A stretch of 37,141 nucleotides of DNA, taken from positions 1 through 37,141 of the forward strand of contig CAZFGN010000005.1 of assembly GCA_964518695.1 (NCBI GenBank), read 5' to 3'. The position numbers and the translations under genes are program-made. Under the pieces are notes generated by a model. The model did not search any database and had not been told where the DNA came from. It saw nothing but the letters and a program-made list of their open reading frames with translations. Position 1 is the stretch's first letter; the number at the start of each line of letters is the position of its first letter. Positions 24,370 to 33,315 of this stretch are shown here, piece after piece. The stretch comes from an uncultured Candidatus Saccharibacteria bacterium (GTDB lineage Bacteria; Patescibacteriota; Minisyncoccia; UBA6257; Colwellbacteraceae).

Positions 24370-25668
24370 ATGTCCATTCGCACCAGAAGGCTGTTGTTTT
24401 ATTTGTTGTTTGCCTTATTTGTAGTTATAGGTAGTTCGCTCGTAGCTTATTCTCTGGGCATTAAACTCGAACTTAGAACGCTTACATTTAGTGAGACTGG
24501 AGGTATCTACATTAAAAGTGAACCACCGGAGGCTCGTATTTATTTAGACAATAAAATAATCGAGAATCAATCTGGTATTTTTCAGTCTGGGACACTCGTA
24601 GATAATCTCAAGGAAGGGAATTACCTCGTAACCCTTAAGAAGGATGGCTATTTTGATTGGCAGAAAATGGTCAAGATTGAGTCATCGCTTGTTGAGGTAT
24701 TTGATAGCATAGTCCTCGTATCGAAAACCACTCCCCAGCGAATCATAGAAAAGCAAGCAAAATTCCACGTACTGAACGATAACATCTTAACGGAAACCGA
24801 TGGCAAAATCGTCATCGGTGAGAACAGACTTCCTGGTAATAAAGTAGAAGATTTGGTAAATAACGGGGCTATCATAACTTACAGCGAGAAAAATAAGAGT
24901 TACTATCTTTCCAACATTTTTACTCTGGATTCCTCTTTAAATATCAATGCTCTTTTCTCTAACCTTAAAGAGTCACGACTTGATTTACCTGGTTCGGTAC
25001 CCATAATCAAGGTGGCATTTCATCCTTTTAACTATAACAAACTTATAATACAAACCAGGGGAGCACTCTATAATCTTGATATAGTTCGTCTTACCGTGGA
25101 GAAGATAGCTCAAGGAGTGAAAGATTTTAAAGTGGAGGGGCAAGAAGTGATTTTCTACAATGATGCCGCTTTTTACAAATATAACCTGATATTCAGATCA
25201 AAGTCGGAGTTCTTTAGCCTGGAAAATAAACCCGCGGTAGTAGATTTTGCATTAGGGAAATCAAACGAAACAGTTATCCTTTTAGACGGTGGGGAATTGT
25301 ACTTATTAGAAACGAGTGGCACCCTAAAGATAGCTGATAAGGCAAAAGCTTTCTCTTTGGGGAACGATAAGAGGTTTATAGCCTTTATGGATAACAATGG
25401 TCCAACTTATGTTTATAGAATCGATAAAAAAGAATATACCAAGTTGGAAACGGAAATAAACGAGGAGATTAGTGGATTCAGTTGGTACAAAGACAACAAA
25501 CACTTATTTATTAAAACAGGGGTCGGTTTGTATTTTGTAGAAGTAGACGATAATTTGCCTTTAAACACCGTAAGGCTTGCCTCTGAAGTAATAGAATACA
25601 ACTACGAACCGGAAAATGGTTTACTCTACTTCAGTACTCCCACAGGAATTTTTAAATTAGAGATTTGA
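24370..25668 (+). CDS. Membrane-anchored PEGA-domain protein with a beta-rich (propeller-like) C-terminal region
   Basis: N-terminal TM helix followed by a PEGA-type segment IYIKSEPPEARIYLDNK...GNYLVTLKKDGYFDWQKMVKIE. The remaining roughly 300 aa are beta-strand-like with no family I can name. Confidence 0.65.
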   Translation: MSIRTRRLLFYLLFALFVVIGSSLVAYSLGIKLELRTLTFSETGGIYIKSEPPEARIYLDNKIIENQSGIFQSGTLVDNLKEGNYLVTLKKDGYFDWQKMVKIESSLVEVFDSIVLVSKTTPQRIIEKQAKFHVLNDNILTETDGKIVIGENRLPGNKVEDLVNNGAIITYSEKNKSYYLSNIFTLDSSLNINALFSNLKESRLDLPGSVPIIKVAFHPFNYNKLIIQTRGALYNLDIVRLTVEKIAQGVKDFKVEGQEVIFYNDAAFYKYNLIFRSKSEFFSLENKPAVVDFALGKSNETVILLDGGELYLLETSGTLKIADKAKAFSLGNDKRFIAFMDNNGPTYVYRIDKKEYTKLETEINEEISGFSWYKDNKHLFIKTGVGLYFVEVDDNLPLNTVRLASEVIEYNYEPENGLLYFSTPTGIFKLEI

Positions 25669-26430
25669 TTACTCGGTTAGAACTTCACACCCTTCACGGG
25701 TGACTAAAACGGAGTGCTCAAAATGGGCCGAAACGCTTTTGTCAGAAGTGATAAAACTGTCATCCTTGATCTGTACAGCTTTGGTGGTAGTTAGGCTTGT
25801 CATGGGCTCAATAGCAATAACCATACCCTCCTTTAAAACTATTCCTGTATGAGGTCGGCCATAATTATAGATGATCGGATCTTCATGCAATTTATTGCCT
25901 ACTCCATGTCCAGTAAGACCCTCAATTATTTTAACATTATGATCTTCAGCAGTCCGCATTATCGCAAAACCTATATCACCTACAGTGTGCCGGGCCTTCA
26001 CGACTCGAATAGCCTCATTTAGGGCATTTCCAGTCGTTTTTAACAAATGCGATAATTCTTTAGATATTTTACCAATAGGTATCGAAATAGCCGCATCCGT
26101 TATACCGCCATGCCAGGAAACACCCAAGTCTAGTTTTAGGACATCTCCTCGTTGAAGACGATAAAGAGAAGGCAGACCGTGCACAATAGTTTCATTAACA
26201 GACGCGCAGAGAGTGTAAGGGAACCTGCTTCTTGCGCCGTAAGGGCGGTAGCCTAAAAATGCGGGCTCTCCTCCTTCGACAAGTATTAAGTTATGAGCCA
26301 GCTTATCAAGTTCCAACAAGCTTACGCCGGGCTCAACTACATCTTTTAATTTTCTCAAAACATAACTTAAAATCTTGCCCGAGACTCTTATCTTTTCTAT
26401 CTCCTCTGGCGTTTTAATAAGAGAAGCCAT
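25669..26430 (-). CDS. map: Methionine aminopeptidase, type I
   Basis: 253 aa. NETIVHG, DVLKLDLG, GDIGFAI, GHGVG and EPM..., SAHFEH metal-ligand motifs. Confidence 0.96.
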   Translation of the reverse strand: MASLIKTPEEIEKIRVSGKILSYVLRKLKDVVEPGVSLLELDKLAHNLILVEGGEPAFLGYRPYGARSRFPYTLCASVNETIVHGLPSLYRLQRGDVLKLDLGVSWHGGITDAAISIPIGKISKELSHLLKTTGNALNEAIRVVKARHTVGDIGFAIMRTAEDHNVKIIEGLTGHGVGNKLHEDPIIYNYGRPHTGIVLKEGMVIAIEPMTSLTTTKAVQIKDDSFITSDKSVSAHFEHSVLVTREGCEVLTE

Positions 26431-26441
26431 AAGTTATTAAT

Positions 26442-27179
26442 CTACCCGTGCTTATAAATATAACTTTTGATACTTTCAAAAACTTTGAAGGGCAAACCCT
26501 CACCCGGGACGTCGATAATTTTATAGCCTCGTTTTTTGATTTCATTGAATATTGGTTTGGTTCTTATATTATACTCTTCTATCCTTTTTTTCACGATTTC
26601 TGTTTTGTCCAAAACCCTTCTCACGAGTTTGCCGCCACAGAAGAGACATCTGTTTTTGATATTAAACTTTTGGGTTTCAAACAGGTACAAAACCGTAAAG
26701 CCGCATATGGCACATAGCAATCTATGACTATTTCTTACAATAGAGGTAACCGGTGGAATATTGATGAAGAAAAATAGTATATTCTTGCGACCATATAGTT
26801 TCTCAAGTTTTGGGAGTAAATTTTCCACCTCGTAAAGAGTCCTAGGTGAACCGCTAAAAACAAGGCCTAGCCCAGCTTTCGCGATTTTATTTGCTCTCCT
26901 TTCAACAACATTTAAAACCCACGATGGGGTCATAAGTTTTCCGGTTTCGAAAAATTTGCGTTCCCTTTTAATAACCAAGTCATTGATATGCGCTGGATCA
27001 TAAATCAATGATTCCAAATATCTGCCTGTATCAAAATGGATAAAACCGAAATGGTGGGCTACAAGATTAGCTTGGGTACCTTTCCCTGCCCCAGGAGGTC
27101 CATAGATTATGATTGCATAAGGTTTATCCTGTGCTTTTTTAGGTCTTCTAAAGACGCGAGATTTAGTTAAGGCCTTCAT
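26442..27179 (-). CDS. adk: Adenylate kinase (zinc-lid type) with a basic N-terminal extension
   Basis: P-loop GPPGAGKGTQA. Lid cysteines CAIC...CLFC. It occupies the canonical secY-adk-map position. Confidence 0.92.
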   Translation of the reverse strand: MKALTKSRVFRRPKKAQDKPYAIIIYGPPGAGKGTQANLVAHHFGFIHFDTGRYLESLIYDPAHINDLVIKRERKFFETGKLMTPSWVLNVVERRANKIAKAGLGLVFSGSPRTLYEVENLLPKLEKLYGRKNILFFFINIPPVTSIVRNSHRLLCAICGFTVLYLFETQKFNIKNRCLFCGGKLVRRVLDKTEIVKKRIEEYNIRTKPIFNEIKKRGYKIIDVPGEGLPFKVFESIKSYIYKHG

Positions 27180-28449
27180 ATTCTCTTACTGTAAGTTGCG
27201 AATCTATTTGCTTGGTGGTTTCAATGGCAACGGAAACCACGATAAGTAAAGCTGTCCCGCCAATAGTCAAAGCTGGAATTTTAGTAAGTATCTCCGTTAC
27301 GGTAGGCAAAACAGCAATCAATCCTAAAAAGGTTGCCCCGAAAAGAGTTACCCTAGAAATCACATTCTGTAGGAAAGCCCCGGTAGATTCACCGGGTCTA
27401 ATGCCTGGAACAAAACCGCCAGCTCGCTGTAAATTTTTAGATATTTCCTTCGGATCAAACGTAACTGCGGTATAGAAATAAGTGAAAGTAAAAACTAGTA
27501 AAAAATATATAATGCCATAAGACAAAGTACCGGGATTCAAAAATTTAGTAACCCATGCGGCACCGCTCGCAAGCCATGAAATGTTAACACGTGAAAGTAA
27601 AGTAGAAATGAAACCAGGGAATAGCAAAATTGAAATAGCGAAAATAATCGGAATTACTCCGGCTTGATTTACCTTCAAAGGTAAGTAACTAGAAACCCCT
27701 CCATATACTTTATTCCCCCTGATCCTTTTAGCGTAAGATATAGGGACTTTCCTTTCACCTTCATTGACCATCACTACTCCCATGATGACAATAAGCGCAA
27801 GAATGAGAAAAGCCAAGTAAGTGGTAATCGGTGTATTTCCGGCGGTGTAACTAAGATAATTATTTCTAATAGTTGCTGGCAAACCACTTACTATGCCGGC
27901 AAAAATAAGAAGGGATGTGCCGTTTCCCAATTTTTGTTCCGTAATTATCTCCCCTAGCCAAACTAAAATCATGGTTCCAGTTGTCACGACCATCACATTT
28001 ACGAGGGTTTGCCCTAAGCTTAATTGTCCAACGACCCCTTGAGATATAAGCAGCTTTAAAAATCCATAGGTTTGTATGACGGCGAGAGGCACGGCCAAAT
28101 ATCTTGAATAGCGGTTAAACTTAGCGCGTCCAGAAGATCCTTCCTCATAGTAGAGTTCTTTGAGTTTTGGAAAAATCATTGTCAAAAGCTGCATAATAAT
28201 AGTAGCTGTGATATAAGGACCTAACCCTAACATAGCGATAGAAAGATTATGCAAAGCACCGCCGGAAAAAATATTAAGAAACCCTAAAAGTTCATTACCG
28301 GCAAGAAAACTTTTCAAAGCTTCGGCATTGACACCAGGGATAGGAATCGCCGCGAGTATACGGAAACATACGAATATGAAAGCTATCGTAATAACTTTAT
28401 TGCGAAGTTCTTTAACTTTAAAAAGGGTGATAACTTTATTAAGCATCAA
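27163..28449 (-). CDS. secY: Preprotein translocase subunit SecY
   Basis: 428 aa with 10 TM segments. LRNKVITIAFIFVCFRILAAIPIPG and GTALLIVVSVAIET motifs. Confidence 0.96.
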   Translation of the reverse strand: MMLNKVITLFKVKELRNKVITIAFIFVCFRILAAIPIPGVNAEALKSFLAGNELLGFLNIFSGGALHNLSIAMLGLGPYITATIIMQLLTMIFPKLKELYYEEGSSGRAKFNRYSRYLAVPLAVIQTYGFLKLLISQGVVGQLSLGQTLVNVMVVTTGTMILVWLGEIITEQKLGNGTSLLIFAGIVSGLPATIRNNYLSYTAGNTPITTYLAFLILALIVIMGVVMVNEGERKVPISYAKRIRGNKVYGGVSSYLPLKVNQAGVIPIIFAISILLFPGFISTLLSRVNISWLASGAAWVTKFLNPGTLSYGIIYFLLVFTFTYFYTAVTFDPKEISKNLQRAGGFVPGIRPGESTGAFLQNVISRVTLFGATFLGLIAVLPTVTEILTKIPALTIGGTALLIVVSVAIETTKQIDSQLTVREYEGLN

Positions 28450-28675
28450 TTTTTTTAGTGGTTATTTTGCCCTTTTTATTTCTCCGTTTATTGTTAAAAC
28501 CTTTTAGTTTCGGCAGGCGCTGTATGAGATCCCTTTCGGCTGGCCTAATACGGTGCCCAGCTCTTGACTTTTGGCCTTTAGTGCCTCCACCAGAGGTAGT
28601 CCCACGTTTACCTCCACGTCCTACGCGTTTATGCTTCTTATTTTTGTGGCTCGGTTTGAGTTCGTAGAGTTGCAT
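28439..28675 (-). CDS. rplO: Ribosomal protein uL15, short form (N-terminal extension region only)
   Basis: 78 aa. LKPSHKNKKHKRVGRGGKRGTTSGGGTKGQKSRAG...RLPKLKGF aligns to the first half of bacterial L15. The ORF ends inside the secY start region, leaving no room for the C-terminal domain. Confidence 0.8.
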   Translation of the reverse strand: MQLYELKPSHKNKKHKRVGRGGKRGTTSGGGTKGQKSRAGHRIRPAERDLIQRLPKLKGFNNKRRNKKGKITTKKIDA

Positions 28676-28681
28676 AAAAAA

Positions 28682-29140
28682 TTATGATTTTGATGATTTT
28701 ATTTTTTTTAATGCTTCAATGGTAGCAACGGCATAATTTAATTTATTAGTAGTTGAACCTAAACATTTAGCAGTAGCATCGGCAATTCCGGCTAATTTTA
28801 AAACAACGCGAGCGGCTCCTCCAACAACGAGTCCATGGCCAGCGCGAGCAGGTTTAATAATAATCTTTGCGGCACCGAATTTGGCCTCAACCTGGTGAGG
28901 GATACTTTTATCTTTCATAATAATTACTACCATATTTTTTTGAGCAACGGCTTTGGCTTTAGCAATGGCTTGTTCGACATCCCGTCCCTTAGCTACACCA
29001 ACGCCAACTTTTCCCTTGAGATCACCTATCGCAAGAGTGGCTCTAAACCTCATTCTTTTCCCCCCAGCCACCACCCTGGTTACCCTTCGCAAATCCAAAA
29101 CCTCTTCTTCGAAATTACTTTTTTTAAATCTTCTTTCCAT
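28682..29140 (-). CDS. rpsE: Ribosomal protein uS5
   Basis: VLDLRRVTRVVAGGKRMRFRATLAIGDLKGKVGVGVAKG and GHGLVVGGAARVVLKLAGI. Confidence 0.96.
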   Translation of the reverse strand: MERRFKKSNFEEEVLDLRRVTRVVAGGKRMRFRATLAIGDLKGKVGVGVAKGRDVEQAIAKAKAVAQKNMVVIIMKDKSIPHQVEAKFGAAKIIIKPARAGHGLVVGGAARVVLKLAGIADATAKCLGSTTNKLNYAVATIEALKKIKSSKS

Positions 29141-29502
29141 TATATTTTGACCCCTTCTTTTCTTAGTACTTCACCTATGGCCTTCACCCTACCATGATAA
29201 GCATATCTTCCCCTGTCAAAAACTACCGATTCAACGGCAATCTTTTTCGCTTCTTCGGCTATCATTTTACCTAAGACTTGAACTTGTGAAATCTTGTCGC
29301 CATTGTCTTTCTTGTTCTCGCTAAGACTTCTAGTAGAAGCGGAAGCAATGGTTTTGTGAGCAATATCATCTATAAGTTGCACATACGTATACTTGTTACT
29401 TCGGAATACCGAAAGACGAGGCTTCTGGGCAGTCCCTGTAATTTTAGCTCTAACCCGCCTTGATCTCCTTATTCTAATTTTATTTAATATTTTCTTTACC
29501 AT
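29140..29502 (-). CDS. rplR: Ribosomal protein uL18
   Basis: RRVRAKITGTAQKPRLSVFRSNKYTYVQLIDD and FDRGRYAYHGRVKA. Confidence 0.96.
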   Translation of the reverse strand: MVKKILNKIRIRRSRRVRAKITGTAQKPRLSVFRSNKYTYVQLIDDIAHKTIASASTRSLSENKKDNGDKISQVQVLGKMIAEEAKKIAVESVVFDRGRYAYHGRVKAIGEVLRKEGVKI

Positions 29503-29515
29503 AGTATACTAGATT

Positions 29516-30058
29516 TTACGCCGTGCTCGCTGCTTTTTTACCTGCTTTTCTTCTAATTACTTCACCTTTATACATTATGCCTTTCCCTTTGTACGGCTCT
29601 GGTTTCTTTATGCGTCTAATTTTCGCCGCTGTTTCTCCAACAATTTGTTTATCAGAACCCAATATTTTAATCTGATTCTTCTCAACGGAAATCTTTATAC
29701 CTTGGGGTATCGGGAAGTTAACAGTGTGAGAAAAACCAACGTTTAATATTAAATTATCTCCCTGGATTTCGGCGCGATAGCCTACGCCTTCGATCAACAA
29801 TTCTTTCATGAAATCATTGTTTGCGCCGTGAACGGCATTAGCAACAAGCGCGCGCATAGTTCCCCAGTTGTTTATGGCTTGTTTACTTTTTCCATCACAA
29901 GTAAACAGGATTTCTGCAGGTGTTACTTCAACCTTAATACCAGGAAGCAATGCAATATTCAAGTTGCCGTTTTTACCTTTCACCTCCAAGATACCATTCT
30001 TTATTTGAACGCTAACACCCTCTGGAATCGCTATTGGTTGTTTGCCGATTTTTGACAT
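29516..30058 (-). CDS. rplF: Ribosomal protein uL6
   Basis: MSKIGKQPIAIPEGVSV... and KKPEPYKGKGI. I take the ATG at 30058 as the start, because the track's upstream extension would overlap rpsH. Confidence 0.95.
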   Translation of the reverse strand: MSKIGKQPIAIPEGVSVQIKNGILEVKGKNGNLNIALLPGIKVEVTPAEILFTCDGKSKQAINNWGTMRALVANAVHGANNDFMKELLIEGVGYRAEIQGDNLILNVGFSHTVNFPIPQGIKISVEKNQIKILGSDKQIVGETAAKIRRIKKPEPYKGKGIMYKGEVIRRKAGKKAASTA

Positions 30059-30062
30059 TGTA

Positions 30063-30446
30063 TTACCAAATTTCAAACAATACCTCTCCACCGACCTTAT
30101 TTTGCCTCGCCTCAAACCCTGCCATGACACCTTTAGGAGTAGAAAGAAAATAGTTGCCGTATCCTTGGCGGGACTTTCTAATATCTTTCCAGCCTAAATA
30201 TACTCGTCTCGAAGATTTACTAAGAATCTTTATGCCAGAAACTGAAGGTTTCTCATCTTTGTCATATTTTAACTTGATTTCAATAATTCTCTTAACACCC
30301 CTTCCTTTCCTTGCTATTTCTTCCAAATAACCATGTTTTACAAGAGATTCCAATACATTCTCGTCTAGATGCGAGTATGGGACCTTGATTTTCTCTTTCT
30401 TCCTTTGTAGAGCATTTTTAATTCTAATAAGCGTGTCTATATACAT
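30063..30446 (-). CDS. rpsH: Ribosomal protein uS8
   Basis: MYIDTLIRIKNALQ..., STPKGVM and GGEVLFEIW. I take the ATG at 30446 as the start, which is 1 nt after the rpsZ stop. Confidence 0.95.
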   Translation of the reverse strand: MYIDTLIRIKNALQRKKEKIKVPYSHLDENVLESLVKHGYLEEIARKGRGVKRIIEIKLKYDKDEKPSVSGIKILSKSSRRVYLGWKDIRKSRQGYGNYFLSTPKGVMAGFEARQNKVGGEVLFEIW

Positions 30447-30447
30447 T

Positions 30448-30633
30448 CTACCAAGAAGCTTTTTTGACACCGGGAATCCTCCCTCGACTAGCCAGTTCTC
30501 TAAAACATATTCGGCAAATGTTAAAGTCTCCCATATATCCCCTCCTACGACCACAGCGAAAACAACGGCGAACAATCCGCGTTTGATATTTCGGCGTTTT
30601 TTTAGATCTAACTGTAACTGATGTCTTTGCCAT
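30448..30633 (-). CDS. rpsZ: Ribosomal protein uS14, zinc-binding type Z
   Basis: 61 aa. [23 protein letters not shown] has the CxxC...CxxC pattern. Confidence 0.95.
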   Translation of the reverse strand: MAKTSVTVRSKKTPKYQTRIVRRCFRCGRRRGYMGDFNICRICFRELASRGRIPGVKKASW

Positions 30634-30638
30634 ATCGC

Positions 30639-31121
30639 TTATTGCTTCTTGATCGGGAGCCCTAGCTTACGATAAAACTTTATGCCCTCTTCTTTATTTT
30701 TGGTACCGGCAACCAAAGTAATTTCTAAACCAAGGTTTGTTTTCGAAGTTTCAGGATTTATCTCAGGGAAAACAGTATGCTCCTTCAAACCAATTGTCAA
30801 ATTACCCCGAGAATCAAAATTCTTAAGCTCAATACCTCGGAAATCCTTCACTCTGGGCAAAGCTATATCAATGAGTCTTTTTAGAAAATCGTTCATTTTT
30901 TTGCCGCGCAAAGTACAAAGTATTCCCACAACGTCCCCTTCTCTTATTTTGAAAGTAGCTATGGACTTTTTAGCTTTTCTAGGAGCCGGCCTTTGACCCA
31001 CAATGAAACCAATTTCCTCAACAATTCCAGGAAGAACTTTTTCATCAAATTGGGCATTAGCTTGACGCATTTTGCCTACACCCAAGGAAACTACAATTTT
31101 TTCTAATTTGTTGCTTTGCAT
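30639..31121 (-). CDS. rplE: Ribosomal protein uL5 (N-terminally short)
   Basis: [33 protein letters not shown] and DFRGIE motifs. An in-frame TAA two codons upstream of the ATG excludes a longer N-terminus. Confidence 0.93.
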   Translation of the reverse strand: MQSNKLEKIVVSLGVGKMRQANAQFDEKVLPGIVEEIGFIVGQRPAPRKAKKSIATFKIREGDVVGILCTLRGKKMNDFLKRLIDIALPRVKDFRGIELKNFDSRGNLTIGLKEHTVFPEINPETSKTNLGLEITLVAGTKNKEEGIKFYRKLGLPIKKQ

Positions 31122-31408
31122 GATTTACAAATTCTTTCTTTCGTGAGACCAGTCAATCTATGACCAATTCTTGTTGGTTTGCCGCATGATTGGCAAAGAA
31201 GCAGAACATTCGAAACATTTAAAGACGCGGGTACGGATATTATCTGCCCCTTCTCTCCTTGCTTCTTCGCTTTTATGTTTTTCTTCATTAAATTCAACGC
31301 TTCCACCATAATTCTATTATCTTTCACGATAACGTTAATAACCTTTCCGGATTTACCACTGTCCTTCCCTTTAATTATTATTACTTTGTCGCCTTTCTTG
31401 ATTTTCAT
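31103..31408 (-). CDS. rplX: Ribosomal protein uL24 (with a CxxC...CxxC pattern in the C-terminal part)
   Basis: KOW motif MKIKKGDKVIIIKGKDSGKSGKV. C-terminal [27 protein letters not shown]. Confidence 0.95.
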   Translation of the reverse strand: MKIKKGDKVIIIKGKDSGKSGKVINVIVKDNRIMVEALNLMKKNIKAKKQGEKGQIISVPASLNVSNVLLLCQSCGKPTRIGHRLTGLTKERICKSCKATN

Positions 31409-31417
31409 GGACTAATT

Positions 31418-31783
31418 TTAGACTATGTCTTGCGCTAAAGAAATGATTTTATCATAACCTAACTCCTTCAACTCGCGAGGTATAGGACCGAAAATTCTTG
31501 TACCTTTCGGTTCCTTCTTATCAACAAGAACAGCCGCGTTGTCGTCAAATCTCACGTAACTGCCATCAAGACGACGAATAGAACTCTTAGTGCGAACTAT
31601 CAAAGCTCTTACTATATCCTTTTTCTTTACTGCTTTTCTTGGTTCGGCAATTTGGACGGAAGCCACAACGATATCACCGAATTTCGCGTAACGCTTTTTA
31701 CTGCCCCCCAAAACCCTGAATACCCTTATGGTTTTGGCACCACTGTTGTCTGCAACTTTTAATATTGATCTTTCTTGAACCAT
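31418..31783 (-). CDS. rplN: Ribosomal protein uL14
   Basis: [17 protein letters not shown]...GDIVVASV...RFDDNAAVL. Confidence 0.97.
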   Translation of the reverse strand: MVQERSILKVADNSGAKTIRVFRVLGGSKKRYAKFGDIVVASVQIAEPRKAVKKKDIVRALIVRTKSSIRRLDGSYVRFDDNAAVLVDKKEPKGTRIFGPIPRELKELGYDKIISLAQDIV

Positions 31784-31794
31784 GGCTACAAAAT

Positions 31795-32040
31795 TTAAAT
31801 TTTACTGACTATTATCCATCTTTTTTCCTTGGACAGAGGCCTTGTTTCTTCAATGATTACCTTGTCAGCTACCGCGTATTCTTTATTTTCATTATGAACC
31901 TTAAAACGACTGGTAATTTTATAGCGCCGATGATATTTGGGGTGCACCTTAAGTGTCCTCACCTCAACTATTACGGTTTTCTGCATTTTATCGCTTACTA
32001 TCGTTCCAATAAGCCTTTTTTTGATTTTTGTTTTTTCCAT
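31795..32040 (-). CDS. rpsQ: Ribosomal protein uS17
   Basis: [19 protein letters not shown]...HPKYHRRYK...RPLSKEKRW. Confidence 0.96.
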   Translation of the reverse strand: MEKTKIKKRLIGTIVSDKMQKTVIVEVRTLKVHPKYHRRYKITSRFKVHNENKEYAVADKVIIEETRPLSKEKRWIIVSKI

Positions 32041-32240
32041 TATTTCGTTTTTTCAAGGTTAATGAAAGTTTTTATCCTAGCAATAGTTTTTTTCGTTTTC
32101 TTGATAAGAGAAATGCTTTTTACATTTCCGTGAGCTAAATCGAATCTAGAGGCTCTTAAAAGCTCTTGGTTTTCCCCTAAAGATTGAACAAGATCCTGGG
32201 TATTCTTTGACTTTAAATTTTTGATATCATTCTTTTTCAT
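32040..32240 (-). CDS. rpmC: Ribosomal protein uL29
   Basis: 66-aa helical protein between rplP and rpsQ, with LKSKNTQDL...ELLRASRFDLAHG...IKKTKKTIARIKT. Confidence 0.93.
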   Translation of the reverse strand: MKKNDIKNLKSKNTQDLVQSLGENQELLRASRFDLAHGNVKSISLIKKTKKTIARIKTFINLEKTK

Positions 32241-32245
32241 ATATT

Positions 32246-32659
32246 TTATGCTTCCTTTACGAATTTAGTCTTAATAGGCAACTTGTGACCAGCCAGTCTA
32301 AGTGCTTGTTTAGCAATTTCTTCGGTGACCCCACCTATCTCGAAAAGCATTCTTCCGGGACGAACAGGAAAAACATAATGATCTACGGCACCCTTGCCAC
32401 CACCCATAGTAACCTCCGGCGGACGTTTAGTCACGGGCTTATCAGGAAAAATCCTTATCCAAAACTTACCGCCACGTTTAGTGAAGTTGCTTACGGCTCG
32501 TCTAGCCGCTTCAATATGCCTTGAAGTCAGCCAGGCAGACTCGGTTGCCTTAAGCCCAAAAGAACCGTAAGCAATCGATGTGCCCCTTGTTTCTTTGAGA
32601 CGCTTTCGATTTCGCCCTTTTTGCCATTTTCTATGTTTAACTTTCTTGGGTATAAGCAT
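32246..32659 (-). CDS. rplP: Ribosomal protein uL16
   Basis: [16 protein letters not shown]..., FGLKATE..., [22 protein letters not shown]. Confidence 0.97.
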   Translation of the reverse strand: MLIPKKVKHRKWQKGRNRKRLKETRGTSIAYGSFGLKATESAWLTSRHIEAARRAVSNFTKRGGKFWIRIFPDKPVTKRPPEVTMGGGKGAVDHYVFPVRPGRMLFEIGGVTEEIAKQALRLAGHKLPIKTKFVKEA

Positions 32660-32662
32660 GGT

Positions 32663-33307
32663 CTATTTTTCGGTCTTAAATATTTCCCCTTTGTAAATCC
32701 ACGTTTTAATACCAATCGTCCCGTAGGTAGTATGGGCAGTAGCTTCTCCATAATCAATGTCGGCTCTCAAAGTTGAAAGCGGCAATTCACCGCGAGAAAG
32801 CTGTTCCCGCCTCGCGATCTCTTTGCCGTCCAGCCGGCCAGCAACCTTGACTTTGGCTCCCTGAACGCTCCTATTTTGCATAATCGAATCTAAATGTTTT
32901 TTCATTGTACGTCTGTATCTCATGCGTTTTTCTAGATCCCAAGCAATGTTTTGAGCAACAACTTGCGCAGAAATTTCAGTCCTTTTTAATTCTTCAACAT
33001 TTAGGCTCAAAGAAGTTTTTGATCTAAAAACTTTTTCTAAAAGTTTAGTCAAATCTTCTATACCCTTGCCGCCGCGACCGATAATGAGACCGGGTCTCGC
33101 GGCTTTTATAAAAATCTTGCATTTATCGCCTGTTCTTTCTATCTCTATTGAAGCAACACCGGCCTGATCTATCCTTGAGATAATAATTTTCCTAATATGC
33201 TCATCTTCTTCCAACCATTCAGCCATATTCTTACGAGAAATCCACCTTGAACTCCAAGGTTTTAAAATCCCTAATCTAAATGAATCTGGTCTGATCTTTG
33301 TAGCCAT
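32663..33307 (-). CDS. rpsC: Ribosomal protein uS3
   Basis: KIRPDSFRLGI, KH domain GLIIGRGGKGIEDL, and GRLDGKEIARRE. Confidence 0.97.
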   Translation of the reverse strand: MATKIRPDSFRLGILKPWSSRWISRKNMAEWLEEDEHIRKIIISRIDQAGVASIEIERTGDKCKIFIKAARPGLIIGRGGKGIEDLTKLLEKVFRSKTSLSLNVEELKRTEISAQVVAQNIAWDLEKRMRYRRTMKKHLDSIMQNRSVQGAKVKVAGRLDGKEIARREQLSRGELPLSTLRADIDYGEATAHTTYGTIGIKTWIYKGEIFKTEK

Positions 33308-33315
33308 AATCTTTA

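Noticed and set aside
32527-32757. 76-aa ORF spanning the rpsC/rplP junction on the minus strand
   Set aside because: It is out of frame with, and fully overlapped by, two highly conserved ribosomal protein genes.
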